A stretch of DNA of 64,000 nt from Porphyridium purpureum (lineage: Eukaryota). Location of the stretch: contig VRMN01000011.1 in the NCBI GenBank assembly GCA_008690995.1, positions 186,001-250,000 on the forward strand, read 5' to 3'. How positions within the stretch are numbered: the stretch's first letter is position 1; the number at the start of each line of letters is the position of its first letter. A program made the translations under genes and the position numbers. Under the pieces are notes generated by a model. The model was given only the letters and a program-made list of their open reading frames with translations, made no database searches and was not told the DNA's origin. Positions 47,370 through 58,021 of this stretch are shown piece after piece.

Positions 47370-47433
47370 ACGCGCATTTTAGACTTTCGGGCACACAATC
47401 TTATTCAGAGAAACTAAATTAAGCCTCGATCGC

Positions 47434-50091
47434 TTATTCCTCTCCAGTTTTGCTTTTCGTGTCCCGATTCCCCACCCACCCTTGCACCGGGCTTCTGTTC
47501 CTTACTTCGCGTCGCACAGCTCTTTTCTTGTCTATTGAATTGCTTCCCTTCCGTGATTTTGGGAACGCGGTCCTCGACTCCGGAGAGTCTCGAGCTGGCG
47601 TTCGGCGGCTTCCCGCCTCTGAAGATCCGGATTCTCCCGGTCGACTTGCGCTGCTGGGTCTCGCAGATTTTGGTGTCGAAGGCGCCGGCCTAGATATGGC
47701 CGAACTAGCACCCCTAGGCCTGCCATGCGCGCGCGTGCTGAATAGTCTTTCGTACTCCTCTTCGGAACCAAAAGAGGAAGATGACGAAGGCCTAGTTGAA
47801 TCTCCAAATAACGACTCCGCATCGCTCTCCGCCGTAACGCGTCCATCATTTTTCTGTCCGACAGAATAGACGTCATCATCTTCGTCGAACTCGCCGCGAG
47901 CTTTGGCATCTGCCATGCGCTTGAGCAAGACTTCTTTTAACGCAGCCGGCGATTCATCCTTAGGTTTGTAATCCGGCACGAGCGGAGGCACTGCATCGTC
48001 TGCAATCGCATCTTCGGTTTCTCCACCACCTTGGCTGCCAGAGCTCCATTTGTTTTTGAACACAGAATTCTGTCGCAACGGCACTTGAAGCCCCGAAGGC
48101 ACATCAGACCTTTGGTCGTCCTTCCGTTTGCCTTCCTTCTTAGAGAGCAAATCAGGCTTGCCCTTATTCTTCACGATGGAAGCCCGTGTTTGCTTCTTCC
48201 GCTGGTTATTCGCTCCCTTTGAGCTCTCATCCTGATCACTGTCATAAACGGTTTTGTCATGCTCGACCTTATCAAAAGGCACAATTTTTCCTTGTTGAAT
48301 GCTTACGGACGTGATCTCGATGCCCAGACTTTTCGCAAATTTACCCAGCACAAATTGCGTCTTTCCATCTGCTACACTGATTACCCTGCCGGGCTTGCCT
48401 GCCCTTCCGCACCGACCCGCGCGGTGCAGGTAGTGGTCGGCATCAGTGGGCAGGTCGAGACTGACGACCATTTCCACGTCGGGACAATCCAGCCCACGGG
48501 CAGCCACTTCCGTTGCAATGAGCAACGTAAAGTCCCCTTTCTTGAACGCACGCAGCACGTTAGCGCGCTCCACTTTATCCGCCGTGCCGCGCAGAGGCAC
48601 GGCCGCGATGTTGAATTCAAGGCACCGTTCGTACACAATTTCGAGGCGCTTGGCGTCGTTCACAAAGCACATGGCGGATTTGGGAATAGGTGCAGTAAAG
48701 AGAATCCGACGCAGAGTGTCAATGTGCAGGCGCTTCGGAATCACTGTGAAGGCGTGTGTCACGTTTGGTGGTAACCGGTTGGTCTCACTGCGTAGCCTCA
48801 CAAGCAACGGACCGCTATAATTCCGTTCCCCTCCCGATGTCATCCACTTGGCCGCAAATTGCTTGACTATCTGACTGTCCGCAGTGGCCGATGAAAAGAT
48901 GGTTTGGCGCGACTTTGGACAACGCTTCAACACTGCCTCCAGGTCCTCCGCTGAAGTCTCGTCCTGCAGGCAATGATCAATCTCATCCACGACAACAAAT
49001 TTGACATTCCCGAGCGGGAGCAGCGACTTACGCGCTCCTCCCGTGCTAACCTCGTTCAGCCTCCCTGGCGTACCTACGATGATGTGTGGTTTGTTCTTCT
49101 TGACTTTTTCAGCCTGACGTGCGTAGTTCGCGCCGCCAATCAGCGCCATCACGCGAATATCCGTGTCGTCCGTGAGTTTGCGTAGATCTTCACTAATTTG
49201 TACGGCCAATTCTCTCGTCGGAGCGACAATCACTGCTTGCACGCCGGCCACGGATGACCCCGGTTTCTCTTCAGCCTCTAGCGCTGCAATTAGGTCTTCA
49301 AGAATGGGCAGCGAAAAGGCAAGAGTCTTGCCAGACCCGGTGTGAGACTGGAACACCATAGAGTGACCGTCCAGGATGCGAGGGATAACAATGGACTGGA
49401 TAAGACTTGCGTAGTGGTGATTCATATCGATCTTGAGGTTGCGGATAAGTTCCGGAGTGAGCAAAAGCGCTTCAAACGGAACCGACGACAAAAAGGTCGA
49501 TGGCGAGGCTTCCGCGCTAGATCCTGCCGGCTCTTGCGCAAACATTGTTCTCCCATCCGGAATGCAAACGTCGACAATCTCCGACCAGATGTCATCTCGT
49601 GACCTTGCCCGCGCAGTCACGTCCCCTAAATTCAATACCGGTGGAATTGAAGCGATGTCCGTCAATACCCCTGCCTGCTCCTGCTGAACCTTGTTTCTTT
49701 CTGCCACGGCGCTCAAGATTGCAATGCCTTCGTCTGGAGACGAACCGCTTTCCTTGGGGCTTTCTGGAAAATCCGCAGTGTCCACTTCCGCCATCCATAA
49801 TGCGCCACAATCCCTTTTCGCTCCATGGGCGAACACGCTAGGTGCTCTCCTTGAATGATGTACCAGCTGGCTTCGCCCATGCAATCCTAGCACCAAATGC
49901 CATGCCAATGCTGCTCCATTCAGCTCGGCGAAGCATCGCACGATCCCAGCTCGGTCCCTACGCTCGGCGTCGCGACACGTGCGATGGTTGGCACGGCAGC
50001 CATGGTCCTGAAGCAGTCGCTGGTGGAGACCAAGCCCACTGCTCAGAGATATGCGTCCGGAGTTCGGCGCGGCGACGACAAAACAAGCCAT
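47434..50091 (-). CDS. DEAD-box RNA helicase, plastid-targeted (RH47/RH58-like) with long disordered C-tail
   Basis: Q motif, SHTGSGKT, PTRELAVQ, GTPGR, DEID, SAT, ARGLD, YLHRAGRCGR. Confidence 0.93.
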   Translation of the reverse strand: MACFVVAAPNSGRISLSSGLGLHQRLLQDHGCRANHRTCRDAERRDRAGIVRCFAELNGAALAWHLVLGLHGRSQLVHHSRRAPSVFAHGAKRDCGALWMAEVDTADFPESPKESGSSPDEGIAILSAVAERNKVQQEQAGVLTDIASIPPVLNLGDVTARARSRDDIWSEIVDVCIPDGRTMFAQEPAGSSAEASPSTFLSSVPFEALLLTPELIRNLKIDMNHHYASLIQSIVIPRILDGHSMVFQSHTGSGKTLAFSLPILEDLIAALEAEEKPGSSVAGVQAVIVAPTRELAVQISEDLRKLTDDTDIRVMALIGGANYARQAEKVKKNKPHIIVGTPGRLNEVSTGGARKSLLPLGNVKFVVVDEIDHCLQDETSAEDLEAVLKRCPKSRQTIFSSATADSQIVKQFAAKWMTSGGERNYSGPLLVRLRSETNRLPPNVTHAFTVIPKRLHIDTLRRILFTAPIPKSAMCFVNDAKRLEIVYERCLEFNIAAVPLRGTADKVERANVLRAFKKGDFTLLIATEVAARGLDCPDVEMVVSLDLPTDADHYLHRAGRCGRAGKPGRVISVADGKTQFVLGKFAKSLGIEITSVSIQQGKIVPFDKVEHDKTVYDSDQDESSKGANNQRKKQTRASIVKNKGKPDLLSKKEGKRKDDQRSDVPSGLQVPLRQNSVFKNKWSSGSQGGGETEDAIADDAVPPLVPDYKPKDESPAALKEVLLKRMADAKARGEFDEDDDVYSVGQKNDGRVTAESDAESLFGDSTRPSSSSSFGSEEEYERLFSTRAHGRPRGASSAISRPAPSTPKSARPSSASRPGESGSSEAGSRRTPARDSPESRTAFPKSRKGSNSIDKKRAVRREVRNRSPVQGWVGNRDTKSKTGEE

Positions 50092-50271
50092 GTCGTTGTC
50101 CCGCGTGCTCGCACCGCGCCACCGAAGCGGCCGACGGAGTGACGGGAATCGCGCGGCGTTTTAGCGTGGGTCTTCAAAGGTACAGTGAGGTACATCTTTA
50201 TGGGCGAGCGATTGTGTCATTTTTTCCGTTTTACGGTGTGGCCTACGAGGGATTTGAGAAGCGCCGGTCCA

Positions 50272-51942
50272 TTAAAGCACGGGTCTCTTCTTCGCGAGCT
50301 GTTTCCAGTAGCGCTCGTCCTCAACGACGTCGCCGACATCGTGTGCGCCAGGTGCATCCTCATCCTCGTCTTCTCCTTCAACATAGTCCAGTCGATATGC
50401 CTTCAAACGGAAAGCAAGATCCGCAGGCACCGAACACTCTAGGAAGGTTCCTGCGCTCCTGTGCTCCATTTTTTCTACAATGCCTCGCTCATGCACTTCT
50501 GTGACCAGTTGCCCCTGATCAAAGGGAATCAGGAAGTCCACGGGCATCATGAGATCCCGGAGCGCCTGCTCAAGCGCAAAAAAGCAGTCTTCCAGACCGC
50601 TGTGCGTCTTTGCCGACACAAGCACCTGCTGTGTGTCCCCTTGTTTTTTCACAAATTGCGCACGCACAACGCGCTGGTCCTCAACGGACAGCAGATCAGC
50701 CTTGTTGTATACCAGTACCTGCGGCTTCTGCTCGCCGTCCAGAATTTCAGCCAAAATCCGGTCCACGGTCTTGCGCTGCAGCTCACGACATGGATTGGAA
50801 GCGTCGATGACGTGCACAAGAACGTCGGCCTCTGCGACCTCCTCTAGCGTGGAACGAAACGCAGCGACTAGATTTGTGGGCAGCTTTGAAATAAAGCCCA
50901 CCGTATCTGTCAGCAAGATGTTGGGCTGCAAGCGCAAACTACCCGGTAGCTCTGCAATGCTAGTTTTGGTGTCGAGTGTGGCGAAAAGCATGTCTTCAGC
51001 CATCACGTGCGCGCTACTCAGGGCGTTGAAAATACTTGACTTGCCCGCGTTTGTGTACCCAACGATTGCGACAAGCGGCACCCCCAGCCGCTTACGCGCG
51101 GAGCGCTGCCGTGTGCGATGCGTCTTGATAGCGTCGATCTGCCGCTTCAGATACGTCAGCTTCTTCTCAATAAGACGGCGGTCAACTTCGAGCTGCGTTT
51201 CGCCCGGACCGCGGAGCCCTACACCACCCGCGCCCGACTGGCGCTCAAGATGCTTCCACATGCGTGTGAGACGGGGGAGGCGGTAATTGTAGATTGCGAG
51301 CTCCACCTGCAGCTTTCCTTCCCTCGTCATGGCGTGCTGCGCAAAGATATCGAGAATCAGCGCGGTTCGGTCAATGACCTTGATTCCCTTTGCTTCACCC
51401 CCGAAGCAGCGTTCCAGATTTCGCTGCTGTGCCGGCGATAACTCGTCATCGAAGATAACTGTCTTGGCCCCAGTGCCTTGCAGAACCGAGAGAATTTCAC
51501 TGACCTTGCCGCTACCGATGTAGGTCGACGCGATAGGCGCATCGAGCGCCTGCATGACTGTGCCGACAAGCTGCATGCCTGCAGTTTCAGCAAGCGCCGC
51601 GAGCTCATCCAGCGACTGCGCGCACGTGAAGCTCTCCTGCTTTCCTCGCGACTTGAGCTGCACCCCGACGGTGACACACTTTTCGCGGCCTTTCAGGGCT
51701 GTCTGGCTCAGGCGAACCTGCGTGCCGTAGTGAATGCGCTCGCTGCGATCAAGCTCCATACCCTGTGGCAGATATGCGTCTGCGGCCATTGCGCACGGTC
51801 GAACGTTTCCACCCGCGCCCGCGGACGGTCTGCCAAACGGCGCGGCGCTGGAGCACGTGTGCGCAGCCACAGCACGTGGCGCTCCGTCCCAACCATGCGG
51901 GTGGCGGCGGAACCATGCCGGCGACGAAGCATGAAACGCCAT
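50272..51942 (-). CDS. hflX: GTPase HflX, plastid-targeted
   Basis: SLDELAALAETAG, YIGSGKV.E, DRTALILDIFAQHA.TREGKLQVELA, GPGETQLEVDRR, GYTNAGKS, LFATLD, DTVGF, NKAD. Confidence 0.96.
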   Translation of the reverse strand: MAFHASSPAWFRRHPHGWDGAPRAVAAHTCSSAAPFGRPSAGAGGNVRPCAMAADAYLPQGMELDRSERIHYGTQVRLSQTALKGREKCVTVGVQLKSRGKQESFTCAQSLDELAALAETAGMQLVGTVMQALDAPIASTYIGSGKVSEILSVLQGTGAKTVIFDDELSPAQQRNLERCFGGEAKGIKVIDRTALILDIFAQHAMTREGKLQVELAIYNYRLPRLTRMWKHLERQSGAGGVGLRGPGETQLEVDRRLIEKKLTYLKRQIDAIKTHRTRQRSARKRLGVPLVAIVGYTNAGKSSIFNALSSAHVMAEDMLFATLDTKTSIAELPGSLRLQPNILLTDTVGFISKLPTNLVAAFRSTLEEVAEADVLVHVIDASNPCRELQRKTVDRILAEILDGEQKPQVLVYNKADLLSVEDQRVVRAQFVKKQGDTQQVLVSAKTHSGLEDCFFALEQALRDLMMPVDFLIPFDQGQLVTEVHERGIVEKMEHRSAGTFLECSVPADLAFRLKAYRLDYVEGEDEDEDAPGAHDVGDVVEDERYWKQLAKKRPVL

Positions 51943-52520
51943 GTCTCTCCCTTGTTCACGAAACGCTGTGCGTGCGCGCACCAGCCGCGTCCACCCTGCC
52001 CTCAGAACACAGCCGCCTCCACGCCAACTCGGCACGCGTGCGCAACCGCGCCAGCGCACGCGGTGAACCGTTTACGCGCGAAAGGTGTGCGCGGTTCCGC
52101 GCTTATCGGTCCGGCGTGGCGTCCAGTTGGCGCAGGTGCACAGCTCGCGCGCGCGTGTCCAGTCGGCACAACTTACACCGCGCGGTGCCTGGTGCGTTTT
52201 CTGTGGAATTTTGTGTGCTCGTGCGGGTGGCTCCCGTGCTCGTTGAATCGTCGCTGCAGCGTGCTGATTGTGACCTGATGATGCGGCACTTCTGACCGTG
52301 CGTGTGGCGCCGCCACATGGAAGGTTCTTTCCATCGATGGCATGTGTGCGCGTCTACCTTGCGCGCGCTGGGTGGTTCATGGCGCAGCTCGAGACGCTCC
52401 GTGCCGCGATATAACAGAGTTGGTCAGCAGCGGGCGTGCGAGAGAAGCGGGCTCGCCCGCATGGCACGCAAGTGGAGACGCACGCGACAGGCAGTGACGA
52501 AGTGGAATGTGGTTCGTGGT

Positions 52521-52566
52521 GCAGACACACGCAGACACACGCAGACAAACGCAGACACGCACAGAT
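52521..52566 (+). repeat. 10-bp tandem repeat (GCAGACACAC) x ~4.5 upstream of the RING gene
   Basis: gcagacacac gcagacacac gcagacaaac gcagacacgc acaga. Confidence 0.9.
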
Positions 52567-52610
52567 AGCAACTGAAGCCGCTGACGTGCGCCGAGGCTCT
52601 TCCTCGCACA

Positions 52611-53579
52611 ATGTTGTTTTTCATCGATAGACATACGAGGCCGCTGCTTCTGCTCTTTTCAGGGATCACGCTGCTCTCGCTCATTCTGTCTGTGCTCGGA
52701 TGGGCAAGATTTGCCGGCACGAATGAGAGCCCCACGCAGTGGCTCGAGACCACGTGTGTCTACGTATCTGGCGAGGCAGAATATTCGGACGTGAGAGGCT
52801 TCTACCGATCAGCCTTCGTGGTGAGCCTTGCGAATGATGAATTGCAGGCGCTCAGGTACGTCTCGGGGGTCTTCAATGTGACGCGGGATGAGGCGCTACA
52901 GTACAATGACAACTTCCCACCGAATACGACACATGCTTGTTTCGTATCAGACAAGTCGGAAGTCTTCAGCACGGAACCAGTCGCACCACCCCCGTCTTCC
53001 AGTAGCGACCTCGTGGTCGCAATCCTGTTTACAGTTTTATTTGCTGTCGCTGGCGTATGCCTTCTGCTTGTCTTCGTGCGCCATGAGAAGAAGCTGCTGC
53101 AAGCTCAAACGCAAGCCGTATTTTCTCGTGTCGGCTCAGCCGGTGGACAAGGTGTCTCCATCTCGGTGTCCGGAGGGACTGACGCCGAGCGCGATCTCGA
53201 AGCCGGCATGCCGGTCCGCACTGGTAGCAAAAAACGTCGGGTGAAGCTGAGTGCGCACGAAATTTCAGAACTGCTGGACTCGTATGCCGTGGACCTGCCT
53301 ATTGAACAAGATGACACCCAAGGTGATGACTTTTTATGTGTCGTGTGCATTGAAGGCATCGAACATGAACACAAGCGGCTTGTCCGACTGGAATGCGGTC
53401 ACATGTATCATCGAAACTGCCTTCGCGGTTGGATGAAGCGAGGGGCCATGAACTGCTGCGTCTGCAACCGCAACTACTTGCGCAGCCATGCGGCGGCAGC
53501 CGTCCATTCGGAAGAGTCAGTGCCCTCGGAAAACGGGGAGGCAAACCAGCGGGAGCACGCGGTCACTGACACCGTGTAG
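52611..53579 (+). CDS. Membrane-anchored RING-H2 E3 ubiquitin ligase (TM - lumenal domain - TM - RING)
   Basis: CVVC..LECGHMYH..CL..W..CCVC; two hydrophobic segments flank a ~100-aa loop with N-glycosylation sequons. Confidence 0.88.
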   Translation: MLFFIDRHTRPLLLLFSGITLLSLILSVLGWARFAGTNESPTQWLETTCVYVSGEAEYSDVRGFYRSAFVVSLANDELQALRYVSGVFNVTRDEALQYNDNFPPNTTHACFVSDKSEVFSTEPVAPPPSSSSDLVVAILFTVLFAVAGVCLLLVFVRHEKKLLQAQTQAVFSRVGSAGGQGVSISVSGGTDAERDLEAGMPVRTGSKKRRVKLSAHEISELLDSYAVDLPIEQDDTQGDDFLCVVCIEGIEHEHKRLVRLECGHMYHRNCLRGWMKRGAMNCCVCNRNYLRSHAAAAVHSEESVPSENGEANQREHAVTDTV

Positions 53580-54348
53580 GCGATGGAATATTTATACGTG
53601 TAGATCTAAGAGAAGCATAAAATGGCCTCCTGACTTTTTGGCGTTCAGGTTCCCGTTCGTCATGGGCCATGTATAACTTACCGCGTGCCTGCAGGCTTGC
53701 ACAGCTCGAGACGGCCCGCGTCGATGGCTGTGCAGACGAGCATGCTCGCGCTTTCCACACGGGACACGCATCGCTCAGGAACTCAACTGGTATCCGACGT
53801 GACACAGGAAAAGCAGACACACGTGGGGATTTTGACACGGTCAGAAGCTGAGTCGAGCGATTCGATGCAAGATGAAGACAAAATAAAATGCTCATACGAT
53901 GTTGTGCCGCGTCGCGTCGTATTGTTCAGAATGAGTAGGAAGTTTGGTTATCTCCGTCATGCAAGTGCATCGGAATCTAAACTCGGATCATCATGTTCGA
54001 CGGGTGCGATGGTGCAACAGCCACACAGTCCAAATCACATACCTAGTATTCGTAGGCAGACGCAGGATCCGCCCAACAGGGCGTCGCACGCCGTCAACCC
54101 CCTTGCTCTTCCATTCCCTTGCCCGGCTCCAATCTCGCACCGCCCACGACGACGCGTGCGAGCGGTGACACCGGCGGCATCCGGGGCACTGAGGTACAGT
54201 GTGCCGCTTACACTGGACGTCTGCGGTGCGTTTCGCGTGTCTGCGTTGCGCGCGCAGGGTGGAAGAGCGCGCAAGAGGGGAGAGAAGCCACCAGCGAGTG
54301 CCTGGGATTTGTGCCCGCGCAGGAGCAACTGCTGGAAGGAACTGCGAC

Positions 54349-55356
54349 ATGAGGTTCAAGATCTTCAAGTATGTTCGGCTCGGAACGAGGGCGCGCGATG
54401 CGCTGACGATGGCGCTCCAGGACAAGCCGCTTTCCGTGGCCATGCTGGCTCCGTTCGAGCAAGTGGCCGCGTACATGCGCAATGAAGCCGTGGCTGTCAC
54501 AGGCGGCTTGCCGATGCTGCTTGGCGCCTTGTGGAATCCTTGGTTTGCTTGTGTTGTGCTCATGGCCGCGCTCGCTACAATCGCATTCGTCCTGTCGGAG
54601 TGGTACCGCGAATACAGCATGGTGGATCGCTACTGGTCGATTCAGCCAGTCGCCATGGTGCTCTTGGTCGCGGCCGCCGCGCCAGCCTTCCACCCGCGTT
54701 TGCTGGTCATGGCTGTGCTCGTGACCATGTGGGGCTCGCGTCTGACCTACAATTACGCGATCAAGGGAGGGTACGTGCTGTATAAGGGCGAAGACTATCG
54801 CTGGGAGTATGTTCGTGCCATGATTGCGCCCAACAGCGAGCCGCTGTGGACTTTCTTCAATCTCACGTTTGTGTGTATTGTGCAGACCGTGTTGCTGGGC
54901 ATGATTTCTGCCCTCCCGGCGTACGAGGCGCTCTTGCATCTCGATACACCATTTGGGTGGAAGGATGTGCTCGTTTCAATCGCGTGGTTGATGCTGTTCA
55001 CGGGCGAGGTCGTGGCCGACTGGCAGATGTGGCACTTTCAGCGAGCCAAACGAGCACTCAGCAAGAAAGAGGCCAGAAAGACGAAGGGATTTTACGATCA
55101 GGGCCTTTACCGCTTTTCGCGCCATCCAAACTACTTTTGCGAGGTGGGCATGTGGGTCGTGTTTAGCTTGTTCGGGCTCGTAGCAAGTGGAGAATGGTGG
55201 AGTTCCTCGTGCCTTGGCTGCGTGCTTCTCGCTTTGCTTTTCAATCGCTCGACTGATCTCACAGAGCGCATTTCAGCGAGCAAGTATCCGGCTTACGCCG
55301 AGTACCAAAGGACGACAAATATGTTCTTTCCGTGGTTCCCCAAAGACTACAAGTAA
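54349..55356 (+). CDS. DUF1295 / steroid 5-alpha-reductase C-terminal-like membrane protein
   Basis: YSMVDRYWSI, WGSRLTYN...KGG, EDYRW, E.VADWQM..FQ, GLYRFSRHPNYFCE, TE.IS..KYP.Y..YQ; start uncertain (54349 or 54409). Confidence 0.9.
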   Translation: MRFKIFKYVRLGTRARDALTMALQDKPLSVAMLAPFEQVAAYMRNEAVAVTGGLPMLLGALWNPWFACVVLMAALATIAFVLSEWYREYSMVDRYWSIQPVAMVLLVAAAAPAFHPRLLVMAVLVTMWGSRLTYNYAIKGGYVLYKGEDYRWEYVRAMIAPNSEPLWTFFNLTFVCIVQTVLLGMISALPAYEALLHLDTPFGWKDVLVSIAWLMLFTGEVVADWQMWHFQRAKRALSKKEARKTKGFYDQGLYRFSRHPNYFCEVGMWVVFSLFGLVASGEWWSSSCLGCVLLALLFNRSTDLTERISASKYPAYAEYQRTTNMFFPWFPKDYK

Positions 55357-55488
55357 ATGCGCCCCCGTGTGAGATAGATTTTGCCGTCTGCTTTTGGTGG
55401 CGAACGCTCCTTCCGGCGGGGCTTAGTCAGCGCATCATCTCGATCATTTACTAGTTCGTTCTTCGGGCGGCACGTCGAATGCGCTTCT

Positions 55489-56586
55489 CTAGTGCTTGGC
55501 GGCAGTGACACTGCTGCTCGTGTAATCACCTTCAAACGTTCCAAAGACCCAGTCGAAAAGTGGATGAGAAATGCCAAAGTTGACTCCAGGTTTGTGGTAG
55601 TGATGGTACACGTGTCGCTTTTTGTGCCACTGCACATAGCCGCTCTTGGGCACGCGCTGATGAATCCAAAAATGTGTCATATCATAGTTCAAATAGCCAA
55701 TGAGGAACCCCAGCAAAAAGGCATATCCACGCTCGTAACCCAACAGCGACAGCGCGCCAACCCAAATGGGTGACGCAAAGAGCAGGGCAGGTATTGGCGG
55801 GAACACGACACGGTTGTTGTCCATGGGCGTGATATGATGGTGACCATGAATCAAAAAATGTATGATGTTGCCCCAGTACGACGTCGAGTTCATGTGAAAG
55901 ACCCAGCGGTGCAGAGTATATTCGAACAGCAGCCAAAACACAACGCCCGCCGCACACCACGATACGAATGTAGGAATATGCACCGTGACGGTCATGAAGT
56001 ACTGAGTCAAAATCAGAATGGCCACGGGGATCCAGAACACGAGCGGCAAGTACCAGGGACACTTGGTCAGGAACTCCAGCACATCATTCTGAAACATCTT
56101 GACCGTGTGATCTGTTGTTGGAAAGCTATGGACCCACGCGTCGTACTGGACGCCCATATTTCCTACTTGCGGCAGAAGCGGTTTGGTCCAATCCACCAGG
56201 CGGTCGAGCTCCTCTTGCGTGTCCGAGGTCACGTTGCTCGACGCCGTCTTGTCCGCGTCCGTGCGCTCAGTCGGCGCGAGCGTACCAATTTGGTAGGCGC
56301 GCAACTGTTTGTACGCGGCCGCGCTGTGGCGATGGGGCTTGTCTGCGGCCATAATTTCCGACACGTCGGTGCCCAGGTGCTTCTCAAGAATCTTCTTCCC
56401 TCCCGGATGGCGGTCCAGAAAGAGCGTCACATCGTACACGTCGTTGTTCAAGACCACCCAAGCGTCATGAGCCGAGCTGTGGAACGACACGAGGCGCCGT
56501 GTGAGCGAGTACCCGTCGTCCCGCGCGGGCGTCGGTGCCACAGTTGTCACGGAGTCCACGCCCGCACCCTCTCTGCTCGGCGGCAT
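55489..56586 (-). CDS. FA2H: Sphingolipid fatty-acid 2-hydroxylase with cytochrome b5 domain (FA2H/Scs7-like)
   Basis: VYDVT.FL..HPGG b5 motif; EYTLHRWVFH, HGHHH, YDMTHF.IH, HVYHHY, FGIS..LFDWVFGT. Confidence 0.95.
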   Translation of the reverse strand: MPPSREGAGVDSVTTVAPTPARDDGYSLTRRLVSFHSSAHDAWVVLNNDVYDVTLFLDRHPGGKKILEKHLGTDVSEIMAADKPHRHSAAAYKQLRAYQIGTLAPTERTDADKTASSNVTSDTQEELDRLVDWTKPLLPQVGNMGVQYDAWVHSFPTTDHTVKMFQNDVLEFLTKCPWYLPLVFWIPVAILILTQYFMTVTVHIPTFVSWCAAGVVFWLLFEYTLHRWVFHMNSTSYWGNIIHFLIHGHHHITPMDNNRVVFPPIPALLFASPIWVGALSLLGYERGYAFLLGFLIGYLNYDMTHFWIHQRVPKSGYVQWHKKRHVYHHYHKPGVNFGISHPLFDWVFGTFEGDYTSSSVTAAKH

Positions 56587-57433
56587 TTTCACCCGCCACT
56601 TCCAGGCCACGCCCCTTCCTTTCGCTTCTCTGCGCGAGCGTGCGCTGCTCGCTCCCACTTCTCTCCGCCGCCCTGCACCGCCACGCTTCCTCCCCGCCGC
56701 TTCTCCCTTCTCCCGCGGTGACAATCTTCGTTGCCAACCAACTTTCCACCGCTTGTTTGTCTTCAGCGCCTGCGTCCGCTGCCGGCTCTGTTCGGCTCAT
56801 TTCCGGCTCCGAGCCCAAATATTTGAACGGTTGAAACCGTCAACCGCAGTACAGTGCGCTGTACCGCGTCGTGCACATGTTGAGTGCGCGGCCAGGCACG
56901 CTCACGTTCGGGCGCGTCGGTGCAACAGCACGTGGTGTCGGAACGGCTGGTTTTCACGCGAGAGGAGATGCGGACGGCGTGGCGGCCGCAGAACGCCACT
57001 GCTTGTCGCGCCGCGCTTCGGTCACTTGATTTGTGCTCCAGTCAGAAGGCAGCAACGCGTTCTGGGAGACCGTGCATTTGGAGACAAGGCGCGAACGTGG
57101 GTCGCTCCAACGTCACCGTGAGCTGCAGCTTGTAGACACCGCACTGTTTTGGTGGGTGTCGTGCGTGCAGAAATCTTGCAACATGAAGGAAGTTCACGTC
57201 CTTAGGGCCCTTCGGCGAGAATCGTCTTTCCGAGGGAAACGTGGAAATGGTTGAAGTGCCTGTTGAGAACGCGAATATAATGGCGTCGCGAACACATGCG
57301 TGGCGCTGGCACGAGTCGCTGAGGCACAAGAAGAGAGGGAGACAGAGAAGGAAAGAAAGGACGTGTCGTTTGCTCGTGTCGCAGAACAAGAGGACGTTGA
57401 AGGCTCTGCGAGACGCACGAGTGCAAGAGCGCA

Positions 57434-57754
57434 ATGGCGAGAGTTGAGCGCACAAACATGGCGAAAGAGCTCGCTTGTCTATTGCAGACAGCTGTTTGTA
57501 TGAAGATTCGCTTCACAAATGCTTCACCCTACCCAGTCTGGGTGCGCTGCGAGCGTAAGTGCATGGGCAGCCCAGACTTGTACGAAGTCCCCGCGCATGA
57601 AGGCGAAATTTGGGTTCGGGAGTGGTTTCAGGATTTTGAGTTCTCTGTTTATTCAAATGGGTCTGGCAGCTCGGACTCTCTTGTAGCCCGCTCGCGAGCT
57701 GAACTTCGTGACGCTGATTTGTTTCTGAGCTGGGACGGAGAATCCTTGAAGTAG
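57434..57754 (+). CDS. Small hypothetical beta-rich protein
   Basis: Protein-like composition (KIRFTNASPYPVWVR..EIWVR..FEFSVY..LSWDG); start uncertain; no family recognised. Confidence 0.4.
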   Translation: MARVERTNMAKELACLLQTAVCMKIRFTNASPYPVWVRCERKCMGSPDLYEVPAHEGEIWVREWFQDFEFSVYSNGSGSSDSLVARSRAELRDADLFLSWDGESLK

Positions 57755-58021
57755 TCCACAGGGTACCAAAAAGGGAGAAGCTGTGACGTGCGGTTTCAGA
57801 GGAGGGAGGCAATGGTTGGAGTCGCTTACATCTCAACTCACTTTGCTCTACGGTTCCATTCCAGTAGCAAACGAACGAGCCTCACGCGCTTGCACGCATT
57901 CAGCACGATGCAAAATTGAGTAAAGATTGTCCCCGCGTCTAGGGTTTCAGTTTTTCTGATCCAGAAAGTTAGTGGTTGAGGGAAGCGTTGTGGCTGGGGT
58001 CGGGCGGAAGCTCGACGCGCA

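Noticed and set aside
47434..51942. Functional cluster of plastid ribosome factors (DEAD helicase next to hflX)
   Set aside because: About a third of the genes here are plastid-targeted, so adjacency is plausible by chance without synteny evidence.
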